Notes: generated from the sequence alone by a model not told the origin. 48,743 nt of DNA from Hyphomicrobiales bacterium (GCA_031363045.1 JANLTS010000210.1:1-48743); one strand, 5' to 3'. Positions 20,466 through 31,235 are shown, counted from the stretch's first letter. A program made the numbers and translations.

Positions 20466-21224
20466 CTAAAGCGCACTAACCAAATGTCCGCCATCGACCG
20501 GAATGACAGCGCCGGTGATGAACCTTGACGCATCATCCGCAAGTAAAAACAGTGCAGCAGCAAGGCTATCATAATCGCCAAGCTGGCGCATGGGCACCCG
20601 GCGGATCAGCGCTAGCCCGGGTTCAGATGCAAAGAAAGCACGGTTGATGTCGGTCTCAAAATACCCCGGCGCAATTGCATTCACTCGCACACTGTAGCGG
20701 GCGAATTCTAGGGCCATCTGCTTGGTCAACTGAATCACGCCGGCTTTGGATACCGCGTAGGGCGTCAGCGCATTGATTTGCCGCATCCCAGTGATCGACG
20801 CTATATTGATGATGGTTCCAGTCAGGTTGCGCGCCACCATCGCCCGTCCTGCCTCAACCCCCACATTCCATGCGCCTTTCAGATTGGTTCCCAGGACGAA
20901 ATCGAAATCCGCCTCGGTCTGTTCAAGAATTGGTTTTGACACTGCGACGCCGGCATTGTTCACAACAATGTCGATCGGACCCATCTGCGCAAAGGCATCG
21001 CGCACCGAACCTGCATCCGTTACATCCATTACGATGGCACTGGCACTGCCCCCTGCTGCCTGCAACTGAGTTACCAGTTCCTCTAGCGGTGGCAGACGGC
21101 GGGCGGAAACCACCACTTCGGCCCCGGCCCGCGCCAGTTTCTGGGCAAAAAAACGGCCAAAGCCCGCGCTGGATGCCCCAGTGACCAGAGCCCGCTTTCC
21201 CGTCAAATCGGTGGATATGGCCAT
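20466..21224 (-). CDS. Short-chain dehydrogenase/reductase
   Basis: TGASSAGFG, NNAG, YAVSK, VDGG. Confidence 0.9.
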   Translation of the reverse strand: MAISTDLTGKRALVTGASSAGFGRFFAQKLARAGAEVVVSARRLPPLEELVTQLQAAGGSASAIVMDVTDAGSVRDAFAQMGPIDIVVNNAGVAVSKPILEQTEADFDFVLGTNLKGAWNVGVEAGRAMVARNLTGTIINIASITGMRQINALTPYAVSKAGVIQLTKQMALEFARYSVRVNAIAPGYFETDINRAFFASEPGLALIRRVPMRQLGDYDSLAAALFLLADDASRFITGAVIPVDGGHLVSAL

Positions 21225-21226
21225 AC

Positions 21227-22135
21227 TCAGGCCTGCGCACGAGCGCTGGCTGCGCCCTTGGCCATGGCAACAAAGCTCTGTGTTTGCCCATACGCATCAC
21301 TATGTTTGTGCGCAGGCTCGGGCTGGCTGATCCTGTCAAATGCCTCAGCGACAGCGTCTGGTGTCCGATCATTTTCAGGGATGTGAATGCCCGGAGTTTC
21401 GTAGATATGCGTCACCGCAAAGCATCCGGCACCTGCACCAAGGATCACCTTGGACGGCGCATGTTCACTGACGAGAAACAGTAGACCAGGACACACGCTT
21501 TCAGTGGTCAACAGTTCGGCTGCCTCAGGTTCGACCAATCCTTCAAGCATGTTGGTATAGGCCGTCGGTGCCAACGCATTGATACGGATGTTATTTTTTT
21601 TGCCCTCGATATGCAATGAATTCATCAGTCCAACGAGCGCCATCTTTGCCGCGCCGTAGTTTGATTGCCCGAAATTGCCATAAAGACCAGAAACCGAAGA
21701 CGTCATGGCTATACGGCCATAATTCGCATCTTTCATCGGCGCCCAGACCGCCTTGGTGCAATGGAATGCCCCCATCACATGCACATCAAGGATGAGCCGC
21801 ATGTCATCGGCGGTCATCTTAGCAAAGGATTTGTCGCGCAGGATACCAGCATTGTTGACCAGCACGTCAATCTGGCCCCATTTGGCCAAGGTCTGTTCAA
21901 CCATATCCTGCACGCCATCTGGATCTGTCACTGACGTGCCATGAAAAATCGCTTCGCCACCCCGGCGGACAATCTCTTTGGCGGTATCTTCGGCAGTGAG
22001 CGCGCCAGACGGGCCTGCGAGGTCATTTACAACAACTTTCGCACCATGTGCCGCAAGCGCCAAAGCGTGTTCACGACCGAGTCCGTTCCCTGCACCAGTC
22101 ACGATTGCAACTCTGCCGTCAAATCTGAGTGTCAT
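21227..22135 (-). CDS. SDR, (R)-3-hydroxyacyl-CoA dehydrogenase-like (MFE-2 N-terminal type)
   Basis: LRFDGRVAIVTGAGNGLGR, NNAGILRD, GLYGNFGQSNYGAAK; GGAG RBS before ATG 22135. Confidence 0.88.
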   Translation of the reverse strand: MTLRFDGRVAIVTGAGNGLGREHALALAAHGAKVVVNDLAGPSGALTAEDTAKEIVRRGGEAIFHGTSVTDPDGVQDMVEQTLAKWGQIDVLVNNAGILRDKSFAKMTADDMRLILDVHVMGAFHCTKAVWAPMKDANYGRIAMTSSVSGLYGNFGQSNYGAAKMALVGLMNSLHIEGKKNNIRINALAPTAYTNMLEGLVEPEAAELLTTESVCPGLLFLVSEHAPSKVILGAGAGCFAVTHIYETPGIHIPENDRTPDAVAEAFDRISQPEPAHKHSDAYGQTQSFVAMAKGAASARAQA

Positions 22136-22165
22136 GGTCAATTCTCCGCTTTTCTGGGGCATGGG

Positions 22166-22624
22166 TCAGGCTAGGAAATACAAAGTCAGCCAATCCGCGA
22201 TCAGTGCGGGCTTTCCGGCATCCTCGATTTCAACAACCGTGGCATTGGTCAGCAAAAGCCTGTCTTGGGATTTGCATTCCACGCTGGTTAGGGTGAACCT
22301 TGCCCGGAGGCGCGCACCTGAGGGCACCGGGTTGAGAAAACGAATTTTGTCAAAGCCGTAGTTCAGCGACGCCAGCGTGCCTTCAATCTTTGGCATCGCC
22401 GAAAACGCCATGGATGACAGAAGTGACAGGGTGAGGAACCCATGCGCAATAGTGCCGCTAAATGGTGAGAGTTTTGCTTGGACCGGATCAGTGTGAATGA
22501 ACTGCATGTCAAAGGTGACAGTGCCAAACGCATCTATCATGGCCTGATCTACCTTTATCCAGTCGGACACACCGATTTCGGTACCGGTGAGAGCCTGCAG
22601 GTCATTGAAGGTCAGACTTTTCAT
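22166..22624 (-). CDS. MaoC-family (R)-specific enoyl-CoA hydratase/dehydratase
   Basis: GVSDW..DQ..I..F, D.QFIHTDP, TIAHGFLTLSL, NYGFDKIRF. Confidence 0.9.
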   Translation of the reverse strand: MKSLTFNDLQALTGTEIGVSDWIKVDQAMIDAFGTVTFDMQFIHTDPVQAKLSPFSGTIAHGFLTLSLLSSMAFSAMPKIEGTLASLNYGFDKIRFLNPVPSGARLRARFTLTSVECKSQDRLLLTNATVVEIEDAGKPALIADWLTLYFLA

Positions 22625-22683
22625 TTCGCTCCTTACTCGGCAACGGAAGGGTTCATAGCACGCGGTAGCGACAAAGCGAAAAG

Positions 22684-22736
22684 TAGGCCGCTGGCCTAAA
22701 CAAGACCTGTTTTACTGGGCCACAAGAACCTGTCAA
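22684..22736 (-). promoter_or_regulatory. Putative internal promoter with TetR operator upstream of the MaoC gene
   Basis: TAGGCCGCTGGCCTA at 22684-22698; minus-strand TTGACA (22736-22731)-N16-TAAAAC. Confidence 0.6.
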
Positions 22737-22761
22737 GACTTTTGTGGCCGTACAGGCCTGT

Positions 22762-24558
22762 TCAGGCACCGGTAAAGCTGTCGACCTGCATTCCGAGGCT
22801 GGTGTCGTCCAGCGATGCCACAACGCTGAGCAGATTTGCAGCGCGGGGCAGCTCAAACGTGTGAAAGTAGCGCATCGTCTGAAGTTTTCCGACTAAGAAC
22901 GCAGTGTCAGGTGATTGGCATGCCAAAAGTCGCGTCGCCGCCAACCCCTGTTTTAGCCACAGCCATCCAACTGAAATATGGCCGAATGCGTCAAGATACA
23001 GGGTTGCATTTGCAAGTTGCAGATCAATATTTTTTGCGGCCAGAACCTTTTCCGTGGTAGCTACCAACGCATCAAGCGCCGCTTCAAGGCCTCTGGCGAA
23101 ATCGATCAGACTAATGTGCTCCGCCGCGGCAGCGATAGTTTCGCGCAGCCGCAGAGCGAAGATTTCTAGCGCAGCGCCGTCTTGAATCCGTACTTTGCGG
23201 CCAAGAATATCAAGACCGTGTATAGCGTGTGTGCCCTCATGGATTGGATTGAGCCGGTTATCACGATAGAACCGCTCGGTCGGATAGTCCCGCGCATAGC
23301 CGTATCCGCCCAGAATTTGAATTGCATGCTTGTTCGCTTCAAGACAAAATTCAGACGGCCAGGATTTTGCCACGGGGGTCAGAAGATCAAGCAGCAGGGC
23401 CAGGTCCCGCCGATCGGTTTCAGATTCACATACGGTTGCAGCATCAACCAAACTGGCGCAATACAAGACCAGCGCCATACCGCCTTCGACGGCTGCTTTT
23501 TGCGCAAGTAACAAGCGCCGAACATCTGCATGCTGGATTATCGGAACCTGCGGCGAAATCGGATCCTTCATTGACGGCAGACGGCCTTGTGTACGGGTGC
23601 GGGCATAGTCCAGAGAATACAGAAAGCCCGCCAATCCCAGCATACATGCGCCATGGCCGATGGCGATTCGCGCTTCGTTCATCATGTGAAACATGTATTT
23701 CAGCCCCTGATTTGGCTCGCCGACCATCCAGCCCTCAGACGTGCCTGCCTCACCGAAGTTCAGTAAGGTGTTGGTCGTGCCGCGATTGCCGAGCTTGTGG
23801 TTCAGTCCGGCCAGCGTCACATTGTTGAAGACGACGGGTCGGCCCAAATCGTCGATCCGGAATTTTGGTACTATGAACAAGGAGAGTCCTTTCACTCCCG
23901 CGGGACTGTCTGGCAGCCGTGCCAACACAAGATGAACAATATTTTCGGTAATGTCCTGATCACCGCCCGAGATCCACATCTTGGTGCCTGTGATCGCAAA
24001 GCGGTTGCCTGCAATTGGTGCGGCGCGTGTACGGATGTCGGACAGAGAAGATCCAGCTTGCGTTTCAGACAGGCACATTGTGCCGAACCATCGCCCGTCC
24101 AGCATCGGTGGCACAAATGTTGATCGCTGCTCAGGTGAACCGAAGGCGACCAGCACATGTGCTGCAGCAATTGTCAGCGTTGCGTAATTGTGGATTGACA
24201 GATTCGCGCAGGAAAACATACCATTAACCGCAGTCAGAACGGTTGTGGGCATCTGAAGCCCGCCATCCTTTTCGTCAAAGCCAGCCGCAAAAAAGCCTGC
24301 ATCCGCATAGGCCTCCAGTGCAGGCTTCACGGCTGGATGAGTAACTGCCGTGCCGTTTACGAATTGAGGCTCAGCCGCATCTACATCCACTGCACATGGC
24401 AGGTAGACAGTTTCTGCGATCGCTTGCGCAGCATCCAGCATGGCCGAAACCGAACTGCGGTCATAGGCCGCGTATCGCGGGGTCTCCGAGAGCGCGACGA
24501 TATCCACAACATCATACAGCAGGAAATCCAGATCCTTGCGGTTGGTGATCATCGACAT
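22762..24558 (-). CDS. Acyl-CoA dehydrogenase (long ~600 aa type)
   Basis: GTMCLSETQAGSSL, GTKMWISGG, MFHMMNEARI, RLNPIHEGT. Confidence 0.92.
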   Translation of the reverse strand: MSMITNRKDLDFLLYDVVDIVALSETPRYAAYDRSSVSAMLDAAQAIAETVYLPCAVDVDAAEPQFVNGTAVTHPAVKPALEAYADAGFFAAGFDEKDGGLQMPTTVLTAVNGMFSCANLSIHNYATLTIAAAHVLVAFGSPEQRSTFVPPMLDGRWFGTMCLSETQAGSSLSDIRTRAAPIAGNRFAITGTKMWISGGDQDITENIVHLVLARLPDSPAGVKGLSLFIVPKFRIDDLGRPVVFNNVTLAGLNHKLGNRGTTNTLLNFGEAGTSEGWMVGEPNQGLKYMFHMMNEARIAIGHGACMLGLAGFLYSLDYARTRTQGRLPSMKDPISPQVPIIQHADVRRLLLAQKAAVEGGMALVLYCASLVDAATVCESETDRRDLALLLDLLTPVAKSWPSEFCLEANKHAIQILGGYGYARDYPTERFYRDNRLNPIHEGTHAIHGLDILGRKVRIQDGAALEIFALRLRETIAAAAEHISLIDFARGLEAALDALVATTEKVLAAKNIDLQLANATLYLDAFGHISVGWLWLKQGLAATRLLACQSPDTAFLVGKLQTMRYFHTFELPRAANLLSVVASLDDTSLGMQVDSFTGA

Positions 24559-24596
24559 TGCACGCCCCTAGCATAAACGATACGGATCTTTAACCT

Positions 24597-24626
24597 TAAA
24601 TAGGCCATTGGCCAACTATCGGTCAA
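24597..24626 (-). promoter_or_regulatory. Promoter overlapped by a putative TetR operator
   Basis: TAGGCCATTGGCCAA at 24601-24615, 5 nt downstream of minus-strand TTGACC (24626-24621); same geometry as the 16505 site. Confidence 0.68.
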
Positions 24627-24653
24627 GGGATTTTGATGGCTAGTTCTTGACAG

Positions 24654-25313
24654 GGATGGTCTGATCAACGCGTTCGGCGTCGCCGAGATGGCTACGTGAT
24701 TGGCTTGGCAGGCGCGAGATGGGGTTCTGGCGTCCTTTTTCTTGGCTTGAGGTCTGCCAATGTAGCGGTCTGGTGGATTTCGGGCATACTCGTCCTCATG
24801 CCATCAGCGTTCGTCGCATCAGGAACAGCTTGCCGAGCACGAAGGGGGTGAAGAGCTAAGCGCGGTTCTTTGGAAGACCTCGGTAGCGGGTCTTCACGTG
24901 GCTGAACTGGCGCTGGATGACGCGGAACGGATGCTTGACCTTGACCCTGGCCATCGCGATGATTCGATTGATTTGCGTATCGACACGATGCAGTTCACCG
25001 CCTTTCGGGGCCGTGCGCATGACGCCCCAAGCCTTGCCCGGCCTCGTGGAAGCGTCCTGCGCTCTGCGCTGAAATAACCCTTGTCGGCCTAGACCGAGGT
25101 TTCCTCGCTGTGCGGCAGTTCGTCCCAGACTTGACTGTCGTGCAGCTTGGCGGTCGAGATCTCGAGGCTATGGGTCACCGCACTCTCGTCGTCGACCCCG
25201 ACATGCGCCTTCCTGCCGAATTGCCAGGTAATTCCCTTCTTCGTGGACAACATCTTCATGTCGCGGGCACTCGCCTTGTTCCTGGTTGACGACGGCACCT
25301 CGATTATGGTCGC
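24654..25313 (-). pseudogene. IS5-family transposase remnant (C-terminal half, in-frame stops) with probable right end
   Basis: ATIIEVPSSTRNK..WQFGRKAHVGVD..V*ADKGY..KVKHPFRVIQRQF..RYRGLPKN; IS5-like terminus GGATGGTCTGATCAAC at ~24654. Confidence 0.82.
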
Positions 25314-25342
25314 AGGGCGTGGAGAAAGCATGGGGGGGTTCA

Positions 25343-25792
25343 TGTTATTGCTTTCGCCCGTGCTAGGATAAGCTCTTTGGGAGGGGAGCTTGACCAAATG
25401 TGGCGCGTCAACCAACGTGGTGCAGCGCTGTAAGCGCAGGCTGCGGCGTGAGCGATGGTGACGGGTGGTTGGGGGCAGCAACCTCGTGATGGGATCAATC
25501 CAAGCTCGAGGCAGTGTTGCCGGATGCGAGGGTATGCCGGCACCAAGGCGGCCCTATCGGCCATGAGCCGCGCCATGGCGTGGAGCGTTGGGCCACATGA
25601 GATTCGCGTAACCACCCTTGCGCCCGGCTTGACCGAGACTGAGGTTTCACGACCGCTTTGTATCAGGACCCCGGCTTGCGACCCGGTTTCGCCGCGGCGC
25701 AAGCCATCAGCTGCTGGAACAGCTCGGCAGAGTTGGCGGCTGTTGCCGTCTTTCTGCTGTCGGACTTATCCACGGCGCTAAGTGTTTCTAGA
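25343..25792 (+). pseudogene. Degraded SDR oxidoreductase interrupted by IS66; C-terminal tail at 28161-28218
   Basis: DQMWRVNQRG, YAGTKAAL..MSRAMA..GPHEIRV..LAPG, FLLSD with stops and frameshifts; IIADQGMLAG* follows the IS66. Confidence 0.7.
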
Positions 25793-25815
25793 GTAAGCGT
25801 CCGGCCTGACCGCGG

Positions 25816-27312
25816 TCAGCGTTTGTTCCAAGGCAGCAGGTCGTCGATCCGGTTGATCTTGTGGTCCGGGATGCGGGCGAGGGTGTCGGCGAGCCAAGCT
25901 TGGGGATCGACGCCGTTAAGTTTGGCGGTTTCGATCAGGGTGTAGGCGATGGCTGCAGATTTGCCGCCGGTTTGCGATCCGACGAAGAGGCAATTTTTGC
26001 GGCCCAAAGCGATGGACCGCATGGCGCGTTCAGCGGTGTTGTTATCGATCTCCAGAATGCCGTGATCGAGGTAGGGACGCATCCGTGCCATCCGGGTGAG
26101 GGCATAGCGGATCGCGCTGGCCAAGGGGCTTTTGCCCGATATGTTGGGCAGTTGGCCGTTCAGCCAAGCCTCCAGGCTGTCGAAGGCGGGTTTGGCCTCG
26201 ACCTGCCTGATCGCGGTCCGCTTGTCGGGCGGTAATCCTCGCGCCACTTTCTCGACCGCATAAAGTTCGGCGATCCGTCTGATGGCCTCGTCGGCGATGG
26301 CCGAGCCCTGCGCCTTGTGCACATCGACGAACTTGCGCCGGACATGGGCCATGCAGGCGACTTCGCGGATATCGCCGGAGCGATACAGTTCCTCAATCCC
26401 GGCATAGCCATCAGCGTGCATCCAGCCGGTGTATCCAGAAAGATGGTCCTTCGGATGTTCGCCTTTGCGGTCGGACGAGAAGCGATACCAGCTGGCGGGC
26501 GGGATGGCGCTGCCCCAGGGGCGCTCATCGCGGCCGTAAGCCCAAAGCCGTGCCGTCTGAGTCTTGCCGGTGCCCGGTGCCAGCATCGCGACCGGAGTGT
26601 CGTCGGCAAAGATCGCTTGCCCCGCCAGCACATGCCGCCCGATGGCGTTTGCCAGCGGTTCCAGCAGGGCGGTGGATTTGCCCACCCAATCCGCCAAGGT
26701 CGAGCGGTCAATGTCGAGCCCGTCACGCTCGAAGATCTGGCTTTGGCGGTAAAGCGGCGGATGATCCGCGTATTTGTTGACCAGCACATGGGCGAGCAGA
26801 CCCGGTCCTGGTCTGCCACGTTCGATCGGGCGGCTTCGCAACGGGGCTTGCGTGAAGCAATCGCAGCCCGAGCAGGCCATCCGGGGCAGCACGATGCGGT
26901 TCACGATGAAGGGGCCGGGCACATATTCCAGTTCTTCGGTCACATCCTCACCTAACCGGCGCAGCTTGCCGCCGCAGTGGGCGCAGGCCGTGTTGGCCTG
27001 GGTCAGTTCGACCTCCACCCGCGGGATATGATCGGGGATCGGCTTGCGCTTCGGCTTGTCGGCTGGTGCGTCATCCGGCAAGCGCAGCTTGGCGATCAGA
27101 GCGGCAATGGCGATCTCGCTCATCTCCAGCGCCAACTGCAACTGTTCGGCGGTCTCTGATGATGCCCCGAATCGGTGTGCCCGGTGTCCCGCCAGCTGGT
27201 GCCTGAGCTTCTCGATCAGAACCGCCTGCGACTTCACTTCGGCCAGCAAAACTGCGGTGATCGCCCGCAGTTCCGCAGGGTCTTCCAGCAGTGATTTGGT
27301 GACATCCAGCAT
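25816..27312 (-). CDS. tnpC: IS66 transposase TnpC
   Basis: FGASSE, zinc finger [39 protein letters not shown]. Confidence 0.95.
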   Translation of the reverse strand: MLDVTKSLLEDPAELRAITAVLLAEVKSQAVLIEKLRHQLAGHRAHRFGASSETAEQLQLALEMSEIAIAALIAKLRLPDDAPADKPKRKPIPDHIPRVEVELTQANTACAHCGGKLRRLGEDVTEELEYVPGPFIVNRIVLPRMACSGCDCFTQAPLRSRPIERGRPGPGLLAHVLVNKYADHPPLYRQSQIFERDGLDIDRSTLADWVGKSTALLEPLANAIGRHVLAGQAIFADDTPVAMLAPGTGKTQTARLWAYGRDERPWGSAIPPASWYRFSSDRKGEHPKDHLSGYTGWMHADGYAGIEELYRSGDIREVACMAHVRRKFVDVHKAQGSAIADEAIRRIAELYAVEKVARGLPPDKRTAIRQVEAKPAFDSLEAWLNGQLPNISGKSPLASAIRYALTRMARMRPYLDHGILEIDNNTAERAMRSIALGRKNCLFVGSQTGGKSAAIAYTLIETAKLNGVDPQAWLADTLARIPDHKINRIDDLLPWNKR

Positions 27313-27374
27313 AGCGAAAGTATAGCAAAACAAGCTTCTTTTTACGGGAATCCCAAAATAGCAAAGCCCTCAAT

Positions 27375-27722
27375 TTATCCTGCTGTCAAAGGCCGCCAGG
27401 TGCGCAGTGGCAACCGCCAGTCTATCCCCTCGAACAGCATCGCCAACTGCGCCGGGGTCAGGGCGATCTTGCCTTCCATCGCGGATGGCCAGACGAACCG
27501 ACCCTTCTCCAGCCGCTTGGAGAACAGACAGGCCCATTGCCCATCCCACCAGATGATCTTGATCAGATCGCCCTGCCGCCCCCGGAACACGAACATGTGG
27601 CCGCTGAACGGATTGGCGCGCATCGTCTGCTCGGCTTGGGCTACCAGCGAGGCAAAGCCCTTGCGCAAGTCCGTCACCCTGGCCGCCAGCCAGACCATCG
27701 CGTTCATCGGGACCGGGATCAT
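27375..27722 (-). CDS. tnpB: IS66 accessory protein TnpB
   Basis: [35 protein letters not shown]. Confidence 0.95.
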   Translation of the reverse strand: MIPVPMNAMVWLAARVTDLRKGFASLVAQAEQTMRANPFSGHMFVFRGRQGDLIKIIWWDGQWACLFSKRLEKGRFVWPSAMEGKIALTPAQLAMLFEGIDWRLPLRTWRPLTAG

Positions 27723-28096
27723 CCCGACAGGCCACGAAGCAGCCGGGCCAGAGCCTTGGGATCATAAGACCCGCTGATCCGCAGCCGATGCCCGCCTGCA
27801 AGCTCGACTTCGATCTGGCCTTCGGTTGTATTGCGCCGGGGCGCGCCATGACGGGCATGATCGACAATCTCGACCGGGAGGAAACAGGGAGCTTGCGCCG
27901 CAGATTGCTCCGCCCCTGGCGCAAACCGCGGATCACGCAGCCACTTGAATATCAGATTGGCATTCAGCCCATAAAGCCGCGCAACCTGCGCTACCGATAT
28001 ATCCGGCCCCATCGTCTGCAGACAGATCGATCGTTTCTCCTCATCCGACCAAAGCCGCCTCGTTCGACGCACCACCCGCAACCCCATAGTGTCCAC
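27719..28096 (-). CDS. tnpA: IS66 accessory protein TnpA
   Basis: [44 protein letters not shown]. Confidence 0.92.
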   Translation of the reverse strand: MDTMGLRVVRRTRRLWSDEEKRSICLQTMGPDISVAQVARLYGLNANLIFKWLRDPRFAPGAEQSAAQAPCFLPVEIVDHARHGAPRRNTTEGQIEVELAGGHRLRISGSYDPKALARLLRGLSG

Positions 28097-28229
28097 TATC
28101 CAAAGCGGATACTATCTCACCCTCTATAAGCGCGGCAGGGCAGTCAGGCCGGACGCTTACTTTCTAGATCATCGCTGATCAGGGCATGTTGGCGGGACTG
28201 GGCCGGTTTGACGAATAGGCGCGTGCCTG

Positions 28230-29366
28230 TCAGGCTCGAAGAGATACGCTGAATTCGCCTAGGCTTGCGGCGAGGGGCGTCGTGCCTGCACCAGGCAATT
28301 CAGGCCGCATGAAATGACCGCCTTCGACCCGGATCGGATCAACGAAGTGATCTCGGATCCACGGGATGTATTCGAGGATCTGAGTCGCCGGGTACCAGAA
28401 GGCAAGGTGACTGTGCACCTGGCTCATTTCTCCGGCATGCGGGACGACGGGCATCCGGTGAGCGTGGGCCAGATGGGCCACCTCGATATATTCGCTGATG
28501 CCGCCCAGCCTTGTCACATCGGGCTGCACGAAATGAACGGCGCCTGCGTCGATGAAGCTAGCAAATGCCTCTTTGGTGTAAAGCTGTTCTCCAAGCGCGA
28601 TGGGCAGAGCGGTCGCCGCTGTAAACTTGCGATGGGCGGGAATGTCGTCATACCACAGCGGTTCTTCGAACCAGACGAGGTCGAGATCGCGAGCACGCTC
28701 GGCAAAGCGCAGGCAGGTCGGCAGGTCCCATTTGCCGTTACCATCGACTGCTAGGCGCACTCGATCGCCGGCGGCGCGTCGCACAGCCGTGATCCGGCTG
28801 ATGTCTTCCATCAGGTCGGGATGGCCGACCTTTAGCTTGAGGAATCGGAAACTTTCCTCCTCCACGGCCCTGGTGGCACCGGCCACCAGTTTGTCCTGCG
28901 GTATTGACAGCCAGCCGATGTCAGTGTTGTAGGCCTCGATCCGGTCGGAGGTCGCACCGCCAAGGTAGGACCATAGCGGCAAATCGGCGGCCTTTGCTGC
29001 AAGATCCCACAGCGCCACGTCCACTGCCGAAAGCGCCAACTGAGTGATCCCCGCACGGCCCACCCATTGCAGTGCCGGGCTGCGGGCCAGCACGTGCCAT
29101 AGGCGATATCTGTCTTGCACCGACTGTCCAATCAGCAGCGGGGCATAGCAGTTGGCGATGCAATCGGCTATTAGCCGATCTGAAGGCGCTTGCGCGTGGG
29201 TGCCGGTGAACCCCCAGCCGGTCAGGCCGCCCGCCTCATCGCCGCCATCCGCGTCAATCCGTGCGCCGACCACGCCCCAGCGGCTTATCGAATGCGTCGA
29301 ATCAGCGATGGAGGGCGCCGTCAGTGCCAGATGCAGGATGAACGGCGTGACAGAGGTGATCTTCAT
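28230..29366 (-). CDS. Mandelate racemase/MLE (enolase superfamily) protein, probable acid dehydratase; in frame with the upstream IS481 transposase
   Basis: [33 protein letters not shown]. Own ATG at 29366. Confidence 0.9.
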   Translation of the reverse strand: MKITSVTPFILHLALTAPSIADSTHSISRWGVVGARIDADGGDEAGGLTGWGFTGTHAQAPSDRLIADCIANCYAPLLIGQSVQDRYRLWHVLARSPALQWVGRAGITQLALSAVDVALWDLAAKAADLPLWSYLGGATSDRIEAYNTDIGWLSIPQDKLVAGATRAVEEESFRFLKLKVGHPDLMEDISRITAVRRAAGDRVRLAVDGNGKWDLPTCLRFAERARDLDLVWFEEPLWYDDIPAHRKFTAATALPIALGEQLYTKEAFASFIDAGAVHFVQPDVTRLGGISEYIEVAHLAHAHRMPVVPHAGEMSQVHSHLAFWYPATQILEYIPWIRDHFVDPIRVEGGHFMRPELPGAGTTPLAASLGEFSVSLRA

Positions 29367-29384
29367 GATGTGAGGGATTCCCTG

Positions 29385-30341
29385 GGTGTTCAGTCCCGGC
29401 ATCTGGTGGATCGGATCGAGGATGAATCGATCCGGCTCTGATGTCCAGATTTTGCAGATGTATTCGTAGGGTGTTAGACCGCCGAGCGTCTTCAGCCTGC
29501 GTGCAAAGTTGTAGGCTGCCAAGAAGTCGGCGAGATGGGTTCGGAGCTGATCGTGGCTGTCGTAATGGAACCGTTTGACCGTCGCGTCTTTGATGGTGCG
29601 GTTCATCCGCTCGACCTGGCCGTTGGTCCATGGGTGGTTGGGCTTGGTCAGCCGGTGCTCGATGCCATTTGCCTCGCAGATCATGTCGAAGCGCATCGGC
29701 CGCGAGTAGATGGTGTTCCGGTTCCGGGGCTGCTCTGCGAACTGAATGCCGTTGTCGGTCAAGATGGTGTGGACCTGGTAGGGCACGGCCTCAAGCATGT
29801 GCTGAAGGAACTCCCAGGCCGTCTTTCTATCAGCGGTGGCAACGAGTTGGGCGACGGCGAACTTGGACGTCCGGTCGATTCCCACAAAGAGAAAGAGCTT
29901 GCCCTCGGCAGTCTGCACTTCGGCAATGTCGATGTGGAAGAACCCGATGGGGTAGCGCTTGAACTTCTGCCGCCTGGGCTTGTCACCTTCGACATCTGGC
30001 AGCCGCGAGATCCCATGACGCTGCAGGCACCTGTGCAACGCCGACCGTGTCAAGTGCGGGATCGAGGGTTGCAGGGCATAGAGGCAGTCATCCAGCGGTA
30101 AGAGCGTGTGCCTTCTGAAGGCAACGACCATCGCCTCCTCGGCTTCCGTCAGGACGGTGGACCTCGGTTCCGACGGCCCGGTCTTCATGTCTTCGACCGT
30201 CGCGCGCTTGCGCCACTTCGCAACCGTCTTCGGATTGATGCCCAACTCACGGCTCAGCTGCGAGAGCGAAGCTTGCGATCGCTGTATTGCTGCTCTGACG
30301 GCGTGCGTGGTCGTGGCGCTCCCGTGACGAACTTGGCCCAT
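29385..30341 (-). CDS. IS481 transposase lacking its own stop codon (reads through into the enolase gene)
   Basis: [46 protein letters not shown] followed by CAG. Confidence 0.92.
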
Positions 30342-30398
30342 AGTGCTTCCTTCCATTCCTTCGAAAGGATCGCACCATCAAACCGTGGGATCAAACAC
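29386..30398 (-). mobile_element. IS481-family insertion sequence
   Basis: (G)TGT...ACA(C) ends; imperfect IRs TGTTTGATCCC / TGTTCAGTCCC; flanks CTAG (30399-30402) and CTGG (29382-29385). Confidence 0.92.
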
Positions 30399-30407
30399 CT
30401 AGCATTG

Positions 30408-31235
30408 TCACCAGCTTGCCCCTCCCGTGACTTGGATATTTTCCATGGTAATCCCACGCGCAATATCCGAGCAAAGATAGACAGCCAATTCGGCAATCTC
30501 CTCCGCCTCGATCATGCGACCCTGTGGGTTCTGCGCTTCAATCCTAGCAATGGCCTCGTCCACACTTCGACCGAGGCCTTCTTGATGCACGATCTGAGCG
30601 ACATCCCGTCGCATCAGGTCGGTATGGACCCAGGTAGGGCTGATCATCACGCAGGTAACTCCGTGCGCCGCACCCTCAAGTGCAACACACCGCGTCAGAC
30701 CTAGTAATCCTGCCTTCGAGGCGCAATAAGCAGGATTATCCTTCCAGCCGCAGGTTGCCGCTGTCGAGCCAATGTTGATGACTCTGCCCCAGCGTCGCTC
30801 GATCATTCCAGAAAGCACCGCCCGCGTTGCCCGGAATGCGCCGGTAAGATTGGTGTCAATGATATCGTTCCACAAACGATCAGGATGTCCCACCACGGGT
30901 TGCTCGGCGGTGACCCCCGCAGCATTGACAAGAATGTCAATCGGCCCGCAAAAGTTCTCCGCATCCAAGATGAACCGATCCACCGAACCGGCCTCACGTA
31001 CGTCAAGCCTGCCGATATGGACTTTTACGCCAAATTGGCCAAGTTCATCGCGCAAGCTGATGTTCGATGCCACCGGTTCAGAAGGGTCAATTGGTGTTTC
31101 ACAAAGCCGAGAGCCCAAGGCGACATTGACGCCGCGGTGCGCCAAGGCGCGAACGGTTGCCAAGCCAATTCCTGACAGCCCCCCTGTGACGACTGCGGTC
31201 CTTCCAGCTAATTCCGAGACTGCAAATCCTAGCAT
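30408..31235 (-). CDS. Short-chain dehydrogenase/reductase
   Basis: TGGLSGIG, NAAG, YCASK; GAAGGA RBS. Confidence 0.9.
   Translation of the reverse strand: MLGFAVSELAGRTAVVTGGLSGIGLATVRALAHRGVNVALGSRLCETPIDPSEPVASNISLRDELGQFGVKVHIGRLDVREAGSVDRFILDAENFCGPIDILVNAAGVTAEQPVVGHPDRLWNDIIDTNLTGAFRATRAVLSGMIERRWGRVINIGSTAATCGWKDNPAYCASKAGLLGLTRCVALEGAAHGVTCVMISPTWVHTDLMRRDVAQIVHQEGLGRSVDEAIARIEAQNPQGRMIEAEEIAELAVYLCSDIARGITMENIQVTGGASW

Larger units (their letters stand above)
25793..28160 (-). mobile_element. IS66-family insertion sequence, apparently intact
   Basis: 18-bp perfect terminal IR GTAAGCGTCCGGCCTGAC; 8-bp TSD TTTCTAGA (25785-25792 and 28161-28168); tnpA-tnpB-tnpC. Confidence 0.96.

Noticed and set aside
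22718-22749. Hairpin GGCCACAA-N16-TTGTGGCC as a terminator
   Set aside because: Large loop and no U-tract on the coding strand; it overlaps the putative promoter instead.
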